A stretch of 63,153 nucleotides of DNA, counting the filler, from Octopus bimaculoides (taxonomy: Eukaryota), in assembly GCF_001194135.2 (NCBI RefSeq). It is 4 parts of 4 records of this genome, joined end to end, with 100 filler letters (N's around TTAATTAATTAA, not from the genome) between each part and the next. Parts side by side here need not be neighbours in the genome. Positions count along the whole stretch, not along the records: positions 43,167 to 63,153 come from NC_068984.1; 3 more parts are not named here. One strand, given 5' to 3'. Numbering within the stretch: position 1 is the stretch's first letter; each line of letters opens with the position of its first letter. The notes under the pieces were generated by a model that worked only from the letters and a program-made list of their open reading frames with translations, had not been told where the DNA came from and made no database searches. A program made the position numbers and the translations under genes. Below are positions 62,881-63,153 of the stretch, one piece after another.

Positions 62881-63153
62881 GTTCAGTAGTTTTATTTTCA
62901 TAACGTGCTTTCACTTCACTACCGAGCGTAGCTCTGTGTGCCTTGGGTATGTGATGTGGTTTGCTGTGATACTCTTATGGTTACTGTATTGAAAGTGTTT
63001 TGCGTAGGATGTGTGCAGTGCCCAGTAGTGCAATTTTCTGTATGTTATATATATTTGTAAGTCCTGGTGTTTTTGTTATGTATTTGTCTGAATATTTTTT
63101 TATTATACCTAAGGCACCTACTATGATAAGAATTGTTTCTGTTTTTAGATTCC
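62881..63153 (-). mobile_element. R4/Dong-clade retrotransposon 3' end, continuing beyond the window
   Basis: Uninterrupted frame 63151-62981 NLKTETILIIVGALGIIKKYSDKYITKTPGLTNIYNIQKIALLGTAHILRKTLSIQ*, then a 100-nt 3' UTR and (TAA)n. Confidence 0.9.

Overview
AT-rich, microsatellite-dense animal genomic DNA with many assembly gaps. The SINE families and repeat load match a coleoid cephalopod, most likely Octopus (my recognition, not a database result). No complete intact gene, rRNA, tRNA gene or CRISPR array is supported. Most ORFs in the track are artefacts of N-gaps or microsatellites; the longer real-looking ones are decayed transposon reading frames. Mobile elements: three tRNA-derived SINE families, RTE LINE fragments, R4/Dong-clade RLE retrotransposons (several sitting in (TAA)n, one between (CATA)n tracts), two divergently oriented CRE-clade retrotransposons, Penelope-like fragments (one GIY-YIG remnant, two minimal hammerhead ribozymes), a Merlin transposase with an inverted partial copy, two hAT MITEs, three related solo LTRs (one nested in another) and a ~310-bp foldback hairpin. 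The one credible host-gene signal is a minus-strand exon at 43580-43863 with strong splice sites, encoding a signal-peptide-like N-terminus, a KR site and a terminal CC. Three identical 44N-TTAATTAATTAA-44N spacers are artificial joins, so long-range contiguity is uncertain. All alignments and identities were judged by eye.
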